Shown in pieces: positions 25,120 through 38,076 of a stretch of 64,000 nt of DNA. Origin of the DNA: Octopus sinensis (lineage: Eukaryota); the NCBI RefSeq assembly GCF_006345805.1, contig NC_043000.1, positions 21,948,001 through 22,012,000 of the forward strand. Direction: 5' to 3'. Every line of letters begins with the position of its first letter. The stretch's first letter is position 1. The notes beneath the pieces were generated by a model that had not been told where the DNA came from, ran no database searches, and worked only from the letters and a program-made list of their open reading frames with translations. Both the position numbers and the translations under genes were made by a program.

Positions 25120-25218
25120 TTAATGTGGAATTAAAAATATTGTGTCAAATGTTTTGTTTGATAGATATTGCTCATTATAAAATTTTAATTCTTTGTACCA
25201 TCTTTTCTTTTGATGTAG

Positions 25219-25709
25219 GTCAAGCGAAGGCAGAGGCAGCAGCGGCGGCAGCGGCAGCAGCAGCAGCTGCTGCAGCTCAAGCGACACCTGCCCCTCCAGT
25301 AACTCCTGCACCTCTTCCTGTTGATTCAGATGTTTTCCCTTCATCGGACGTTTTATTTACATCTGAAAATATGAAGCCACCAGCTGAAGAAAATTCCACT
25401 GTTGAGGAGCCATCTGCTGTATCAACTGAACCAAGTATGCAATCAACATCACCAAGTAAAGCATTTGATAAGACTCTACCAGAACAAGCAGCACAGCCTC
25501 CTCAACAGGATGATCCTTCAAATACCACAGATCTTTTTTCAGGCACCTTTAATGATACAATGGTTGATATTCCTGGTGACAATGATTCAGTCTATCCTAA
25601 AGATTTAGATGATGAACCCCCATCAATTGCACCACTTTCTGTTCCCCCTCCATCATGTGACCCTGCCTCTGTTGCTCCTGCTTCAGTGCCGCCACCATCT
25701 TGTCAACTG
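25219..25709 (+). CDS. RAD21: RAD21 coding exon 10 (poly-Ala14, Pro/Ser/Thr-rich linker)
   Basis: TAG|GT acceptor, CTG|GTAAGT donor; 491 nt open, phase 1 to 0. Confidence 0.92.
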
Positions 25710-25849
25710 GTAAGTAATATTTACAAATATAGTTTTTCCCGTCCAACCCATGCCAGCCTGGAAAACTGATGATAGTTTTAGATTCCATTTCTTTGGTCTC
25801 TCTCTCTCTCTCTCTCTGTGTAAATGCAGACACCGTTGTAAAATTTTAT

Positions 25850-26143
25850 ATATATTGAGTCAAGTACACCAACATCAAAATCAATGGAAACTGCAATTGT
25901 GATCCCTGTGCCGGTGGCACGTAAAATGCACCAATCCGATCGTGGCCGTTGTCAGCCTCGCCTGGCACGTAAAAAGCACCCACTACACTCATGGAGTGGT
26001 TGGCGTTAGGAAGGGCATCCAGCTGTAGAAACACTGCCAGATCAGACTGGAGCCTGGTGCAGCCTTCTGGCTTCCCAGATCCCCAGTGGAACCGTCCAAC
26101 CCATGCTAGCATGCAGAACGGACGTTTAAACGATGATGATGAT
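25850..26143 (+). mobile_element. (GAT)n-tailed retroposon
   Basis: GGAGTGGTTGGCGTTAGGAAGGGCATCCAGCTG core, palindrome and GAT tail. Confidence 0.9.
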
Positions 26144-27525
26144 TTATAGGCATAGGCTTGCCTGTGCCATTCAGAAATTTGCTTCTTTGAGCGGTTGTCT
26201 TTTAGTACAACTTCACTCTCATCAAAGCTTTTCAGTGGTTTTGGGAGACAGAAAATAAAAGAAGCCAATTATATACATAGTATGGGCGTTTCCTTGTCTC
26301 AGCATCACTGTTGTACTTTTATTTGCAATCTTCCTTAAAATATGCATGCCTGGCCATGTGAGAAATATTACCTTGCTTGGTGAGGATTTGCAACAAGAAG
26401 GGTATACGGCTGTAGAAAAATCTGACAAAGTCAAACATGAAAAATTGTCATTGTCATTGTTTGTCCGTTTTCCATGCGGGTATGGGTTGCATGGTTCAAC
26501 AAGATTTGATGAGCCAGAGGACTGCATTGTGCTCCATTGTCAGCTCTGGCATGGTTTTTTAGTGTGTAGTTGGTGCTTGTTTTGTGGAATCCACACCAGT
26601 GAGGTTACCAAGTAACTCGCAAGACAAGAACCCCTCAACTGAGTGGGGTTGTAATATCGAGGGAGGTAGCTTTATTCCATGTATTGAGAGGTTTAATATA
26701 TTATAGAAAAATAGGAACAAGTGTCTTGCTGTAGAGGAGATAGATGAATGCTCTAGATGGATATTGAAAATGTAAGATGAGTGAGAAATGAATAACTGGG
26801 AGCACAAAAGTGGGGTGAAAAGGGTCTTCATATCTTTAGTGAAACATGTGGCTCTTCTCAAGCACTACAAATCACTAATCATCTAAGTCATTTGTCATCC
26901 CTGTGAGGCTCAATATCCTGAGGTTAATCTTCACTACTTCACCTATCATCTTTCAGGGTCTCCCTCTTCCACATGTTCCATCCACATTTAGCAAGGCACT
27001 TAAACCAATGATGTGATGAGTTTAGTGAACTTTCATAAAAAGTTAAACCATTTTTGAAAGCACTGGACTTGTTATTTTACAATAGTGTATAAATGAAATT
27101 TTAATTACTCAGTCTTATGTATTATATCTTTGTTTTGTTTAATTGTTATCATTTTATTGAATATAAACATTTGATTAATTATTAGTTTATTCTTATAAGT
27201 ATTCTTAAGTTCGAGTTTAGCTGAACTATTATGCAATTATATTCATTAATTTGTTTGATTGCATTTTTATATTATCAATATTAGCTTGTAAACAAATTAA
27301 CCCACAAAACAAGGCTATGGAAATTGTATGTCGGTTGTCAGTATACTAAGTAGTCTACATTAGTAAATATTACTTCATATCTTCAACTAATAGCTTTCAG
27401 GTCAGTTATATAAATATAATAGTAGGAAAAAATTATCAGCATAATAGCATGGCTTGAGAAAAATATTTGTTTTCTTACTAGTTCATTCATTATTATTATT
27501 ATTATTATTTTTATTTGCTTTACAG

Positions 27526-27831
27526 ACATTTGAAGATATTGAATCAGGAGAGGTTGAGGGTGTTATCGACTCCAATTTGGATGATGCTGAGCAAGAAAAA
27601 CAATGGAACAAGCGATCTCTTCAAATGCAACATTCATTGGATATAGCTTTCCGATATAATGAAAGACTTAGTTTCAAAGAACTTATCCGAAAACACAACC
27701 GTAAACAGGCAGCGTCACGGTTTTACACATTGTTAGTTCTTAAGAAACATCAGTCTGTCGAAGTGGATCAAAGTGAGCCTTTTGGCGATATCTTTATAAC
27801 AAAAGGACCTCGATTTGGACTGGTTGTTTAA
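27526..27831 (+). CDS. RAD21: RAD21 last coding exon, C-terminal winged helix (WNKRSLQM...RKQAASRFYTLLVLKK...GPRF)
   Basis: Conserved C-terminal domain; TACAG acceptor; TAA stop. Confidence 0.99.
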   Translation, partial: TFEDIESGEVEGVIDSNLDDAEQEKQWNKRSLQMQHSLDIAFRYNERLSFKELIRKHNRKQAASRFYTLLVLKKHQSVEVDQSEPFGDIFITKGPRFGLVV

Positions 27832-30800
27832 TGGTTACAGTGACATTCACTGATGGAAGTTTTTTTTTTTTTCTAAGTTGCCATGATTGACTGACTGATT
27901 GTAAATGCTTGGGAAATCTTTTTATCTTAAAGTTCAGACATGTGCGTAATTATAGTCAGGGGTATATGTGTATTTCCTCTCTTTGGGGGAACTACTTTTA
28001 AAAAAGAAAAACAATTGAAAAGGAGAAAGGAGCTTCAGCTATTCTGTTTATACAATTGCCTCTCAGGTAATTAAACAGGATGAGTATTGGGGTTTTTTTT
28101 CTTCTTTTTCATATATTCAACAATTAGGGGGGAGGGCTTATTTTTCAAGCCTTCTTTTCTCTTATCACTTGACTAAATCATTAGATTTCTTGCACTTTAC
28201 TGCTGCTGTCACTTCTGATGCTTCTAGTCTTGCTATAAATACATTTACATTTATTTTGAAAGGAAAACTTTTAAGAGATATTTCTTTTATTTCTTCATTC
28301 TTAAGCTCACTGCTTTCTCAGAAATCATCTAAGATTTTTTCTCTCTCCATAATTACTAAATAACCACTGACTCTAAGAGATAATGAAAAATTCCTAGTTT
28401 TCAAATGGCAGCAGCTGTAATTGCATTAGCCACATTATTTTAATGTTATCATCATTAGATTATTTTTTTAACTGTAAAGATGTAGACTGTTTTATATTGT
28501 AATGACATGGCTGTAGGGTATTAATCATCCGGCTTTATTTGACAGGAATTAATATTCATCAACCAATCGGTGATGAGAGCTCAGTATATTTTACATCATC
28601 CCATTTCATTTTGGGAGCACCAACATCACTCGCTTCCTTTTATGTAAATTTTTAAATGTATTCATTAGTGTATGTGAAAATGCTCTTGGACATAGGTAGG
28701 GTGTAGCCTTACTACGATAGATCTATTTTTGGCTGTGCCAATGTTAGACAGGAACTCCTTTGTTTACTTTTCCCATTAAAGGTGCCTCCATTTCCTTCTT
28801 CAAAATGTTGCTTGCACAACTTATGTACACACATGTACTCCAACATTCTTCATTATGAGGCAGTGTCATTGTGCACCACTAAGACCTTGGAGTCCATAGG
28901 AATGGTTTTGCTCCTTTTTCTTTAGCTTAGGTCATTGCTGTGTAACTACCTAATGAATGGTATAAGAATGTATCTTCATACAGTTTTGTGCATTCATGAT
29001 ACATTTTGTCCAGTGTTTCTAAATTTTCTGCCTTCCTCTGCAGACATGGGTCTCTTTTGAGTTGACTTGAAATTGACGGATGCATGGTTGAACTGATTGT
29101 TTTCTTTGGGGAGATGTCCAGGTCTGCTATTTGTCACAAAATTGCTGTCAAGACGAAAGTTGGTACGGGAATTGAGGAGCAGAATTAGTTGTTTGGTTAG
29201 GGGGAGAGAGAGAGTATTACCCAAAAGAACAAATTACCCTTAGTTGTAGATGACTACTATAGACATCACAGATTTGCTGGTATGTGATGTAAAAGTTCAA
29301 CCAAATGTGTGAAGAACTGATAGATCTAGAATTTATGTTCTCAGGGTAGCAATATGTGTAGATTGAATTTTCTTTGAGCATTGGCTTGAGTAAATTAATT
29401 ACTAACGATAAGGTACACAAAAATACACTGAACCTTTAATTGCTAATTGATCGGTCATGTTGTTATGATACAAAAGAGAAATGTTTTTAAATGTTAATGA
29501 GATTCTGTTACAGTTTAAAATATCAGTCTGAGGTGTCTCCATTCGTTTCATTTATTCACTAAAGGCTTTCCAAATTTATCCATACTGCTTATTTGTATCA
29601 GGCAGGAATTCTTTATATCTCAATCATTAATTTTCAAACGTCTTCAGCAATTTTCCTTTCTTTTGTTTATTTACTATTTTGTGGAGACTGGCATCCAGTT
29701 TAGTTTTAAGGCAAGTATTAAGTATATTTCTCCTCTAAGTTTTCCAATTGAAGGAAAACTTTGTGGCTAGTGGAGAGCATGATGAAGTCAATTGATTTGA
29801 TTATTTCCCTTTGTGGAGTTGGTGAATATTAGATTTAACAGCAACAACAACCTCTGGCTTGGCTACATGATGTAGCTAATTGTAAATAACTTCATTATTT
29901 GTATCATTGTAAATACAACAATTCTGGTTAAATATAATAGTGAAACCGAAAGAAAAAAAAAAGATAAGTGCTATGAGATGTTTGTTCCATTCCTACACAT
30001 TTTGTTTCTTAAAAAAAAAGAAAGAAAAAGAAAATAAATGAAGGAAAAAAATTATATTTGAAAGTTGTCATTTGTGTCAGTTTAAAAGTCTGTGGAATTC
30101 TTGACTGTTATGCTTAATTTTATTTTAATTATTTCAGCCCTGCCCTCAACTTGTTCAGTTGCATTCATTTCTCCACATTCAAGCCATTTGTTTTTACTTA
30201 AAACTCATCATTACTTGTTATATTCAATGTCATCCCAAAACTTTTAAACATACTCATCCTTATCGTAAGATCTGATTTAATTTGTTATAATGGTTGACTG
30301 CTTGACATATTTAGGTTGTTCCACTTGTTTAAAATCAAAGTATTTGCTATTTTACCGTGTCGGGCTTTATTGTTGACCCCTTCCCAATTCCTGTTTTCAT
30401 TACACTTTCCACATTCACTTCCAGTCTTTTCAATTCTTGTCACTGTAATTTGTTTTAGGCTTGGCTTTTCTAATTTATTCCTTGTTATATTATTTCCTGT
30501 CCCTCTATTTTTATATTTTTTGCTTTATATTTAGTTTATCCAGTCTAAGTTGCATTTGTTGGTGACTTTTTCACATTGTTATTTTTGTCCTCAATATTTC
30601 TATTGTTTACAAAAATTCCCTTGAGTGGTCGTGAGTGCTGTAGAGGTAAGTTCTTAGCAAGCCAAGCCTGCAAGCTGGTCTTGAATCCCAGTTGTATCTA
30701 CTGCACTTCACTTGAACTAAAATGTCTTTGACAAAGGCATAAATGACACACACGCAATCTTAACTTCTCTTCAGTAGAAACTAGTTATATTGTGTGGATC

Positions 30801-32843
30801 TTAAAGACATCTTGTGCTTGTCATTCCATATGAAGCATGGCTCGTTTTCTATTACATGAATTGTTTCATATCTTATGTTCACTGCTGACGTGCTCAGTAC
30901 ATTGCTTCTGAACTGTTTCAGCAATGTCCCTTTGTTACCATTTTGTTGTTTTTTATTTATTTTATTATTTGTGGCAGGTGCAAGGTGTACGTTCTTGTCG
31001 AATGGGAGGGAGGGTGGCTCAGTTTTGATTTCCATTTCAAGAAGGTTTACTGTCCCTAATAACCCAGAGAAAAGGTATGATGAACATTGTAGCTTCACAT
31101 TTTCCATTCTTATTTACTAAGACCTTCATGACCTGATTAGTTGGGTTTTTATATTATTATTATTATTCCCATCTACATAACATTACTCTTCAGTAGCATA
31201 AATTTCTCTGTTCATATAATTTGGGGGTCCAGTCAACACTCATCCATGTTCCTTCTCACCATTTACTTCTGTTCATATCCTGTAATTATTAGTGCCTTAT
31301 ATTAGGAGGAGGAAATTTTACTAAGGTCCCTCTTTGGATTCTTTCCCCACCAACCCTCTTATATGAAACAAATCTTACACATAAGGTTTTATTGAAATAT
31401 TCAAGTTAGATTTTATGTTAGGTATCCTCTGTTCTTCCCCAATATGAGCTGAATATTTTTTTGTATTTGTTGTTAACATTTTAGGCACTTTTATTCTAAA
31501 GGGTTCTGCTAAGGATATTAATTCTTATAGAATGATTCTCTTGTACCAAGTCAGAAGTTTTGTTGAAACAGGGGTGTATAGATGTGTGTGTGCTGTGATG
31601 CAGCCAATATTAACAGAGAAATAAGGTTTTCAGTCAAGTGTTCCATTGCACTATTCGCTAAAACATATTCCAATCAACCTGCCAATCAATGTATCATAGA
31701 TCATTACTATCTTCATTCTGGAACTCTGTTGATTTTTTTAAAATAAGGAAAATTTTATTCCTGATCCCGTAGCATTCTATTTTGTACAAATAAAGTCATA
31801 ATATATCAATGTTTTGTTTTCTTTCACAATTCATACCTACATTCTGCACATTGGAACTTGTGTTTTTCTAATGCTAAAGTGGGTTTGATGGGTCTACAAA
31901 ATAGATGCTCCCTCCCTTTGTTAAAGCTATGTCTCTTAATCTCTTCCCTATTATCCCCCCAGCTTTAGTACTGCAGTTTTGCTTTAATATGTTTTGGATT
32001 TTAATTCTCTTTTTAATTATTACATAAGTTGGAGCTGGCTGAGTCTAGATGGGTACCATGTATTGGGTGCTTGTTGCATTGGAGATGGGGTGAGGCATTG
32101 AAAGGAATGGGTTTCATCAGGCAAGCTCCTCTAGATATACAATTAGTTACTAATCCTTAAAAATTGGTGCCTCTACAAACTAACTGCATTATGGGTCTCA
32201 CTAAATTATTTATTATACTCCCCCCTTTCACTTTTCTTTTAGTGACTGTTTCTTACAATAAGAATTCTTTAGAAGCTGTAGAAATTACCTCTGGGAGGAG
32301 TACTTGCAGGTGAAAGTTGGCAAAACTCCGGTATACACTCTTTTCTCCTTCTAGTCTTTGCATTAGTATTTGTGGAGTTACCTATAGTCTTCCCCATCCT
32401 GGTGAGCTGAGTATAATTCCACTGTTTCAAACTTTGGTTGATGATGACTCTGAAATGTTCTATGTTTTAAAAACGTTTTTCTATATTTCATTGATTATAT
32501 ATACTTTCAGGTAGAGACCTTCGAAATAAGTTTTAGTGAATGGAAATTGGAAGCTGTACACGTTTTTTTTTTTGTTTTTTTTGTTTTCTTAAATCCAGCT
32601 AAATTTGAAGATTTCTCCAACTGAAGCCATTTTCTAAATGCTAAGTGCTTAAACAAAAATTCAAGCACTTCCCTCAAGACAATGATGAAGTTTTTTTTAG
32701 TTATAGTTTAGAAAGTAAAAAGAAAAAACAGATGATGTAGATTTTGAAAATACATTTATAATTTTTCGTATAATAATGAGACTTTAAATGAAACGAGGGA
32801 AGGGTGTTTGTTTTTACAAAATAAGCTGCTACCTGTACATTTT

Positions 32844-33029
32844 TTAACTGCTTTTTGCTAGAGATTGAGAATGTTTAGTTGCAGCTTCCACTGCATCTAT
32901 TAGTGCAGCTCTGAAGCCTGCTTTCTCGAGTGTGTGCATAGCAGTAATTGTAGTTCCACCAGGAGAACATACTTCATCTTTCAACTGACCTGGGTGTTTT
33001 CCTGTTTCTAAAACCATCTTCGCTGCACC
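32844..33029 (-). CDS. PYCR: PYCR last exon ([27 protein letters not shown]...AKSS*)
   Basis: P5CR dimerisation-domain SPGGTT motif; TTGCAG acceptor; stop. Confidence 0.98.
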   Translation of the reverse strand, partial: GAAKMVLETGKHPGQLKDEVCSPGGTTITAMHTLEKAGFRAALIDAVEAATKHSQSLAKSS

Positions 33030-33601
33030 CTGCAAGAGAAACATTGTCAAGGCTTTAATGTCTTACTCAAGAAAAGCTGCTCACCACAACAGAATTGATA
33101 TCCTAAAATGAAGAGGCCACATAAAATGCATCCAACTGTAGAAACCAAGCCAAAGACAGGCTATAGAGCATGGTGTGGTCCCTGGCCTTTCCAGTTCCTG
33201 TTAAGTTGTCCAACCCGTGCCAGCTAGAACATATTAAATGATGTTTGACTACAATTAGCCACAATCACTATAAATTTGGAGGGGTGGGGTAACCCAGTGA
33301 TCTTGTAAAGAACTTCCCACCCTCCGAACTGGTTAAAGTAATGTGATATTCAATCTGTAAGCAAAACCTGAGAATGGGGAAGTGTATTTTGTGCAGGATC
33401 TGGGTGGTGACAGGAAAATCAAGATATATATGGCTAAGCTAACTCAGAGCAGAGGCTATTCTAAAAGAAGCAGTGTCAAAATATAAGTTTTCCTTAAATC
33501 AACTAGGTGGGATTTTGTTTTTTATCCTTGATATTTTGTAGGGCATTGTTTTCATGAAAGGATTAAATAGATGATGGATAAATTACCTTTTTTAAAATTA
33601 A

Positions 33602-34742
33602 CCCTTTCATTACTATATTTCTGACCAAAATACACCCCTTATGTGTTTCAATTAATTTCTAACATAATCATAAATTTAGTCTGGTTTCATTAAACAACTA
33701 TAACTTTTTTATTTATCAATATATTAATGTGATTTTTGGAAGATAATTTAATGAAATGTTCTCAACCAATTCTATACTATAATTTTTGTCAGAAAGTGAC
33801 TCTAATTGCAGGTAAATTCAACAAAATATAAAATTATTAAAATTTTTGTTCAAACATCGCTATAGAAAATGGGTTATTAGCTAATATTCAATTGGGTATA
33901 CAACAAAATTTTACTATAGAATTTGTTATTCTGGGTAACTTTCTGATACCCATAATAATATTTATGGCAAAATAGGCTTTAATTTCATTTAAGGTTGTGG
34001 GGAAACCACAAATTATCTTTTCTTTCGCTTTGTTTACATTTAGCGTAACGGTTCGTTTCCGCCATAATTTTCTGATACCCATAATAATATTTATGGCAAA
34101 ATAGGCCTTAATTTCATTTAAGGTTGTGGGAAGCCACAAACTATCCTTTCTTTTGCTTTGTTTACATTTAGCGTAACAGTTCGTTTCCGCCGTAATAATT
34201 TCAAATAGGCTCATTCGAAAAAGTAAAAAGAAATAGTCTAAGGGCTTTACTCTCCTGGGAAAGACTGTGGCTTGGTCCAGTTTCTTCAGAAAAATCACTG
34301 AAAGAAACAGTTTTTAAATTTTCAGTTCATTCAGGTGCCAATTCATTTTCTTTATCGCTCTCGGATTCATTATCAAATACCACGTGCTTTTTTTTCAGTC
34401 TTAGAGTTAGATTTATCAAGGATTTCAGTAGAAAATACTTCAAATTCTGACTCGCTGCTTGATATAATGAAATTTGTATCCATTTTTTGTCAGAATTACA
34501 AATTTTGAAAACACAATAGGAACAAATTTGGGGAAAAAAAATCCAAAATTCACGGAATTAAAATTACACTTCGATTGTTGTACAAAACTGTAGATGAACT
34601 GTTTATGAAGTATAATCACGTGTTTTCACGAATGTACTAATGAGATATGCTCTGATATTCCCATTTAAATATGAATAGGTAATTATGGGCGGCTTGGTCA
34701 CATGAACCAAAATTTTTTTGGGGCGGTTTGGTAACGAAAGGG
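33602..34742 (-). mobile_element. Second copy of the 15647-16712 piggyBac derivative, with an internal tandem duplication of about 129 bp
   Basis: TTAA TSDs and same TIRs; ETNCYA...WLPTTLNEIKAYFAINIIMGIRKLP. Confidence 0.92.
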
Positions 34743-35647
34743 TTAAGATGGTATTACATTTCTCCATTATAGCAAAGAAAGATGGAGGAAAATTTTACTT
34801 TGACAGTATGGTGGGGGACTAATATTCAGCAATTTAAAAGCCATAGAATACTATCTCAAGTGACATGTAACCTGTGCTAGAATGAAAAAGAAACAAAAAT
34901 GATGATGGGGTCTTGATGTATTTTGCATAAACCAATTTGCAAATTTAAACCAAAACTGTCAAGAAGGTAAAGAGTACCGTAAATGCAGAACTAACCCAAC
35001 AGCATGATCATGAGTTCAAACTTAACTTCACTCATTGTGTTGTCCTGGTGGGCCAGGTAATTCTACCTACAAGGGTTGGGGAAATCTAAGTGGTTGTTTG
35101 ACCTACAAGAAATATCAGCTAAATCTCCCTCTCCCTACCATCTTTTAAAAAAAAGGCAGGACACGCGAATACCCATGATGTTGGTCATGGGAATGATTGA
35201 CAAATCTTTATTTTACCAATGTGCTAGCAGCTCTGAATTTTCTCAACTGTTACGGCATCTTTCTAAGATTGCCAAGTAAATCTCTCCTAACAGCAAAACT
35301 CTGCCATGATTCTTAACACTGAAATCTTTTATGGATTCTCCCAACAATATCCTTTTAGCATTTGCAACTGTCTAACCCATAACAGCATAGATAGCAGATG
35401 TTAAATGATGATTTGCACGGCTGATTAACTAAATCTCCCCCACTACCAGTTTGCTATGGAGATATCCTACCAAGTAATGTTTATATACTACCTTGGAATG
35501 TATTTTCTATCAAAGCTATATTCATTCAGGATTGACATAATGCTAAACCACACAACCCACTAAGCTGAGTTATCTGACAAGGTACAAGTTAGTTAAACTA
35601 GGAAAAGTAGATGTAACAAAAAATAAATAAACAAAGCATTCACTTAC

Positions 35648-35740
35648 CAAAAGAGTTTGTGCTGCAAGTTTAGTAGAGAGTGCTCGGGGTAAACCCATTT
35701 TGACTCCACCATCAGCAAGGGCTTCAATAGCTGCAAAAGC
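35648..35740 (-). CDS. PYCR: PYCR exon ([31 protein letters not shown])
   Basis: Conserved motif; 93 nt; AG/GT. Confidence 0.98.
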
Positions 35741-35939
35741 CTGCAGGTGAAAAACAAACACAAGTTAATTCCAGTAAATGAGTCAATAAACAATTTGGCT
35801 TTTTTTTTTTTAAGACGTTTTTAACATTTTTACACAAGTAAAAGAAACAAAATCATTAAAAGTATAAATGATTGAATTATTGAGAAAAAGACCCATAAAT
35901 GGAAAATAAAAGGGAGAGCAAGCAGTGGAAGAGGAGTAA

Positions 35940-36390
35940 TGCATTGTCTGGCATCCGTGCTAGTGGAGCACTAAGAGTACCATATGAGCGTGATTATTGC
36001 CAGAGCAACAAGCTGGCCTCCGTGCCGGTGGCATGTAAAAAGCACCATTCGAGTGTGATCGTTACCTGCATCGCTTTACTGGCACGTGGAAAAAACATTC
36101 GAGCGAGGTTGTTGTCAGTGCCACTGGACTGGCTCCTGTGCAGGTGGCACATGAAAAGCACCATTTAAGCGTGGCAGTTGCCAAGTACTGCCTGACTGGC
36201 CCTCATGCCGGTGGCACGTGAAAGCACCCACTACACTCTCGGAGTGGTTGGCGCTAAGAAGGGCATCCAGCTGTGGAAACTCTGCCAGATCAGACTGGAG
36301 CCTGGTGCAGCCATCTGGTTCACTAGACCTCAGTCAAATCATCCAACCCATGCTAGCATGGAAAGCTGACGTTAAACGATGATGATGATA
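35940..36390 (+). mobile_element. (GAT)n-tailed retroposon with internal subrepeats
   Basis: Repeated GGTGGCACGTAAAAAGCACC units, core and tail. Confidence 0.88.
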
Positions 36391-36761
36391 ACAAATGGCA
36401 TGTTTAGCCGCACCTTGTGGACATGAATGTAAAGGCATTGCAGTAGCCAGATCACCTCAGTTCTCAAACAAGCCACAGTTATCCCAATTCTGTGGAGGAA
36501 ATTGGCAGTGTAGGGTCCAATTTTACATCAAATCAGGTTTTTTATAACAAAACTGGTTTATTTAAACTACAATATACAATATATATGACTTTTTCCTAAA
36601 AAAAATCACCCAGGGTCCTAAATGCAAAGTTGTGCCTTCCATAAGGTTTAATACACTAAAAACCATTTTTCTTGAATATGGCTTCTGTCTAATATGTCTG
36701 TGCATGTTTTATGCCTTCAAATTACAGCAGTTACAAAAACATTTTGTTTTAACAATATAGA

Positions 36762-37105
36762 CACAGGTGTGGTTGTGTGGTAAGTTGTTTCCTTCCTAAT
36801 CATGTGGTTCCAGGTTCAGTCCTAGTGTGTGACATCTTGGGCAAGTTTCTTTTACAATCACATCGAACCAGCCAAAGCCTTGTGAATGATGGAAAGAAGC
36901 CTGTCATATGCATACATATATAAGTGTGTGTGTTTATCCCCCACCACCACTTGACAACCAGTGTTGGTGTGTTTACATCCTCATAAGTTCAGCAAAAGAG
37001 ACCAGTGAAAGTGGAAGGCTGGGGGGGGGGGTCAATACTGGCATTGATTCAAAGTGGTGCTCCAGCATGGCTGCAGTCTAATGATTGAAACAAGTAAAAG
37101 ATAGT
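36762..37105 (+). mobile_element. CORE-like tRNA SINE (decayed)
   Basis: CTTGGGCAAGT motif, internal (TG)n, GTGCTCCAGCATGG...GAAACAAGTAAAAG tail. Confidence 0.8.
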
Positions 37106-37107
37106 TT

Positions 37108-37465
37108 CTTATTTCTTTACTGCCCATAAGGGGCTACACACAGAGGGGACAAACAAATTAAGTCCAGTGCGTAACTGGTACTTATTTAATCAACCCCGAA
37201 AGGATGAAAGTCAAAGTCGACCTCGGCGGAATTCAAACTCAGAACGTAATGGCAGACGAAATACCAATTTCTTTACTACTTACAAGGACAGATAAACAGA
37301 TTAAGTCGATTATATCGACCCCAGTGCGTAACTGGTATTTATTTAATCGACCCGGAAAGGATGAAAGGCAAAGTCGACCTCGGCGGAATTTGAACTCAGA
37401 ACATAGCGGCAGACGAAATACCACTAAGCATTTTGCCTGGCATGCTAACATATCTGCCAGCTCGC
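37108..37465 (-). mobile_element. tRNA SINE with GCCTTTCATCCTTTCGGGGTCGAT central domain (possibly Deu/Nin-like), partly duplicated
   Basis: Reverse complement of the copies at 46345 and 51824. Confidence 0.82.
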
Positions 37466-37863
37466 CGCCTTCAATAGTAAAACATAGTTTCTATAGTTGT
37501 AACAATTGGAACCTTGTGAAATTTCACTCAATGAAATTTTTTTTTTATTTGATATGGTTCGTCCAGATAACTCCATAAAGAGCATAGGGCCAGTTTCTCT
37601 GGTGTATATGTTTTCCCCTGGATGGGACACCAGTCCATTGCAGAATTACTCATTTTTTCCACCTGAGTGGACTGGAGTAATGTGAAGTGTTTTGCTCAAA
37701 AACACAGCTCATTGTCCAGTCCAGGAATCAAAACTACAATCTTATGATCATGAGTCTAACACCCTAACCACTAAGCCATATGCCTCCACTTTTGATATAC
37801 AAAATTAAGTAGACCAAAAGGAGAGGGGTTTATATGCAATACAAATATTTTAAAGAAAATTAC

Positions 37864-38076
37864 ATAAGCTGGTCCACTGCCGCTGAGCCCTGTGACTGCA
37901 TCAAGGTTTTCTTCAGTTCCTTCTTCACAAATTCCAACACTAGAGAGTAATTCAGCCACCAAGTCATTGTCCCCAGCACGTGCAGATGTTCCTGGGGCCA
38001 ACACGGCTGCTCCAGCTTGTACAAGAGCTGGAGTATTTGGCATAACTCTCACCACACGAGTTGATAGAGGTAGACG
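37864..38076 (-). CDS. PYCR: PYCR exon ([19 protein letters not shown]...[13 protein letters not shown])
   Basis: RxMPNTP and [10 protein letters not shown] motifs; 213 nt. Confidence 0.99.

Noticed and set aside
27013-27110. C/D snoRNA (GTGATGA)
   Set aside because: No matching CTGA D box or terminal stem at a suitable distance
9682-27831. REC8 or RAD21L identity
   Set aside because: N-terminal, STAG-binding and C-terminal motifs are near-identical to mitotic RAD21
28982-29144. Minus-strand exon-like segment with good acceptor
   Set aside because: Stops in all frames before the donor and no partner exon; probably RAD21 3'UTR
27831-32844. RAD21-PYCR adjacency as conserved synteny with human 8q24 (RAD21, PYCR3)
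   Set aside because: The human genes are far apart and this PYCR looks PYCR1/2-like; cannot be supported from the sequence
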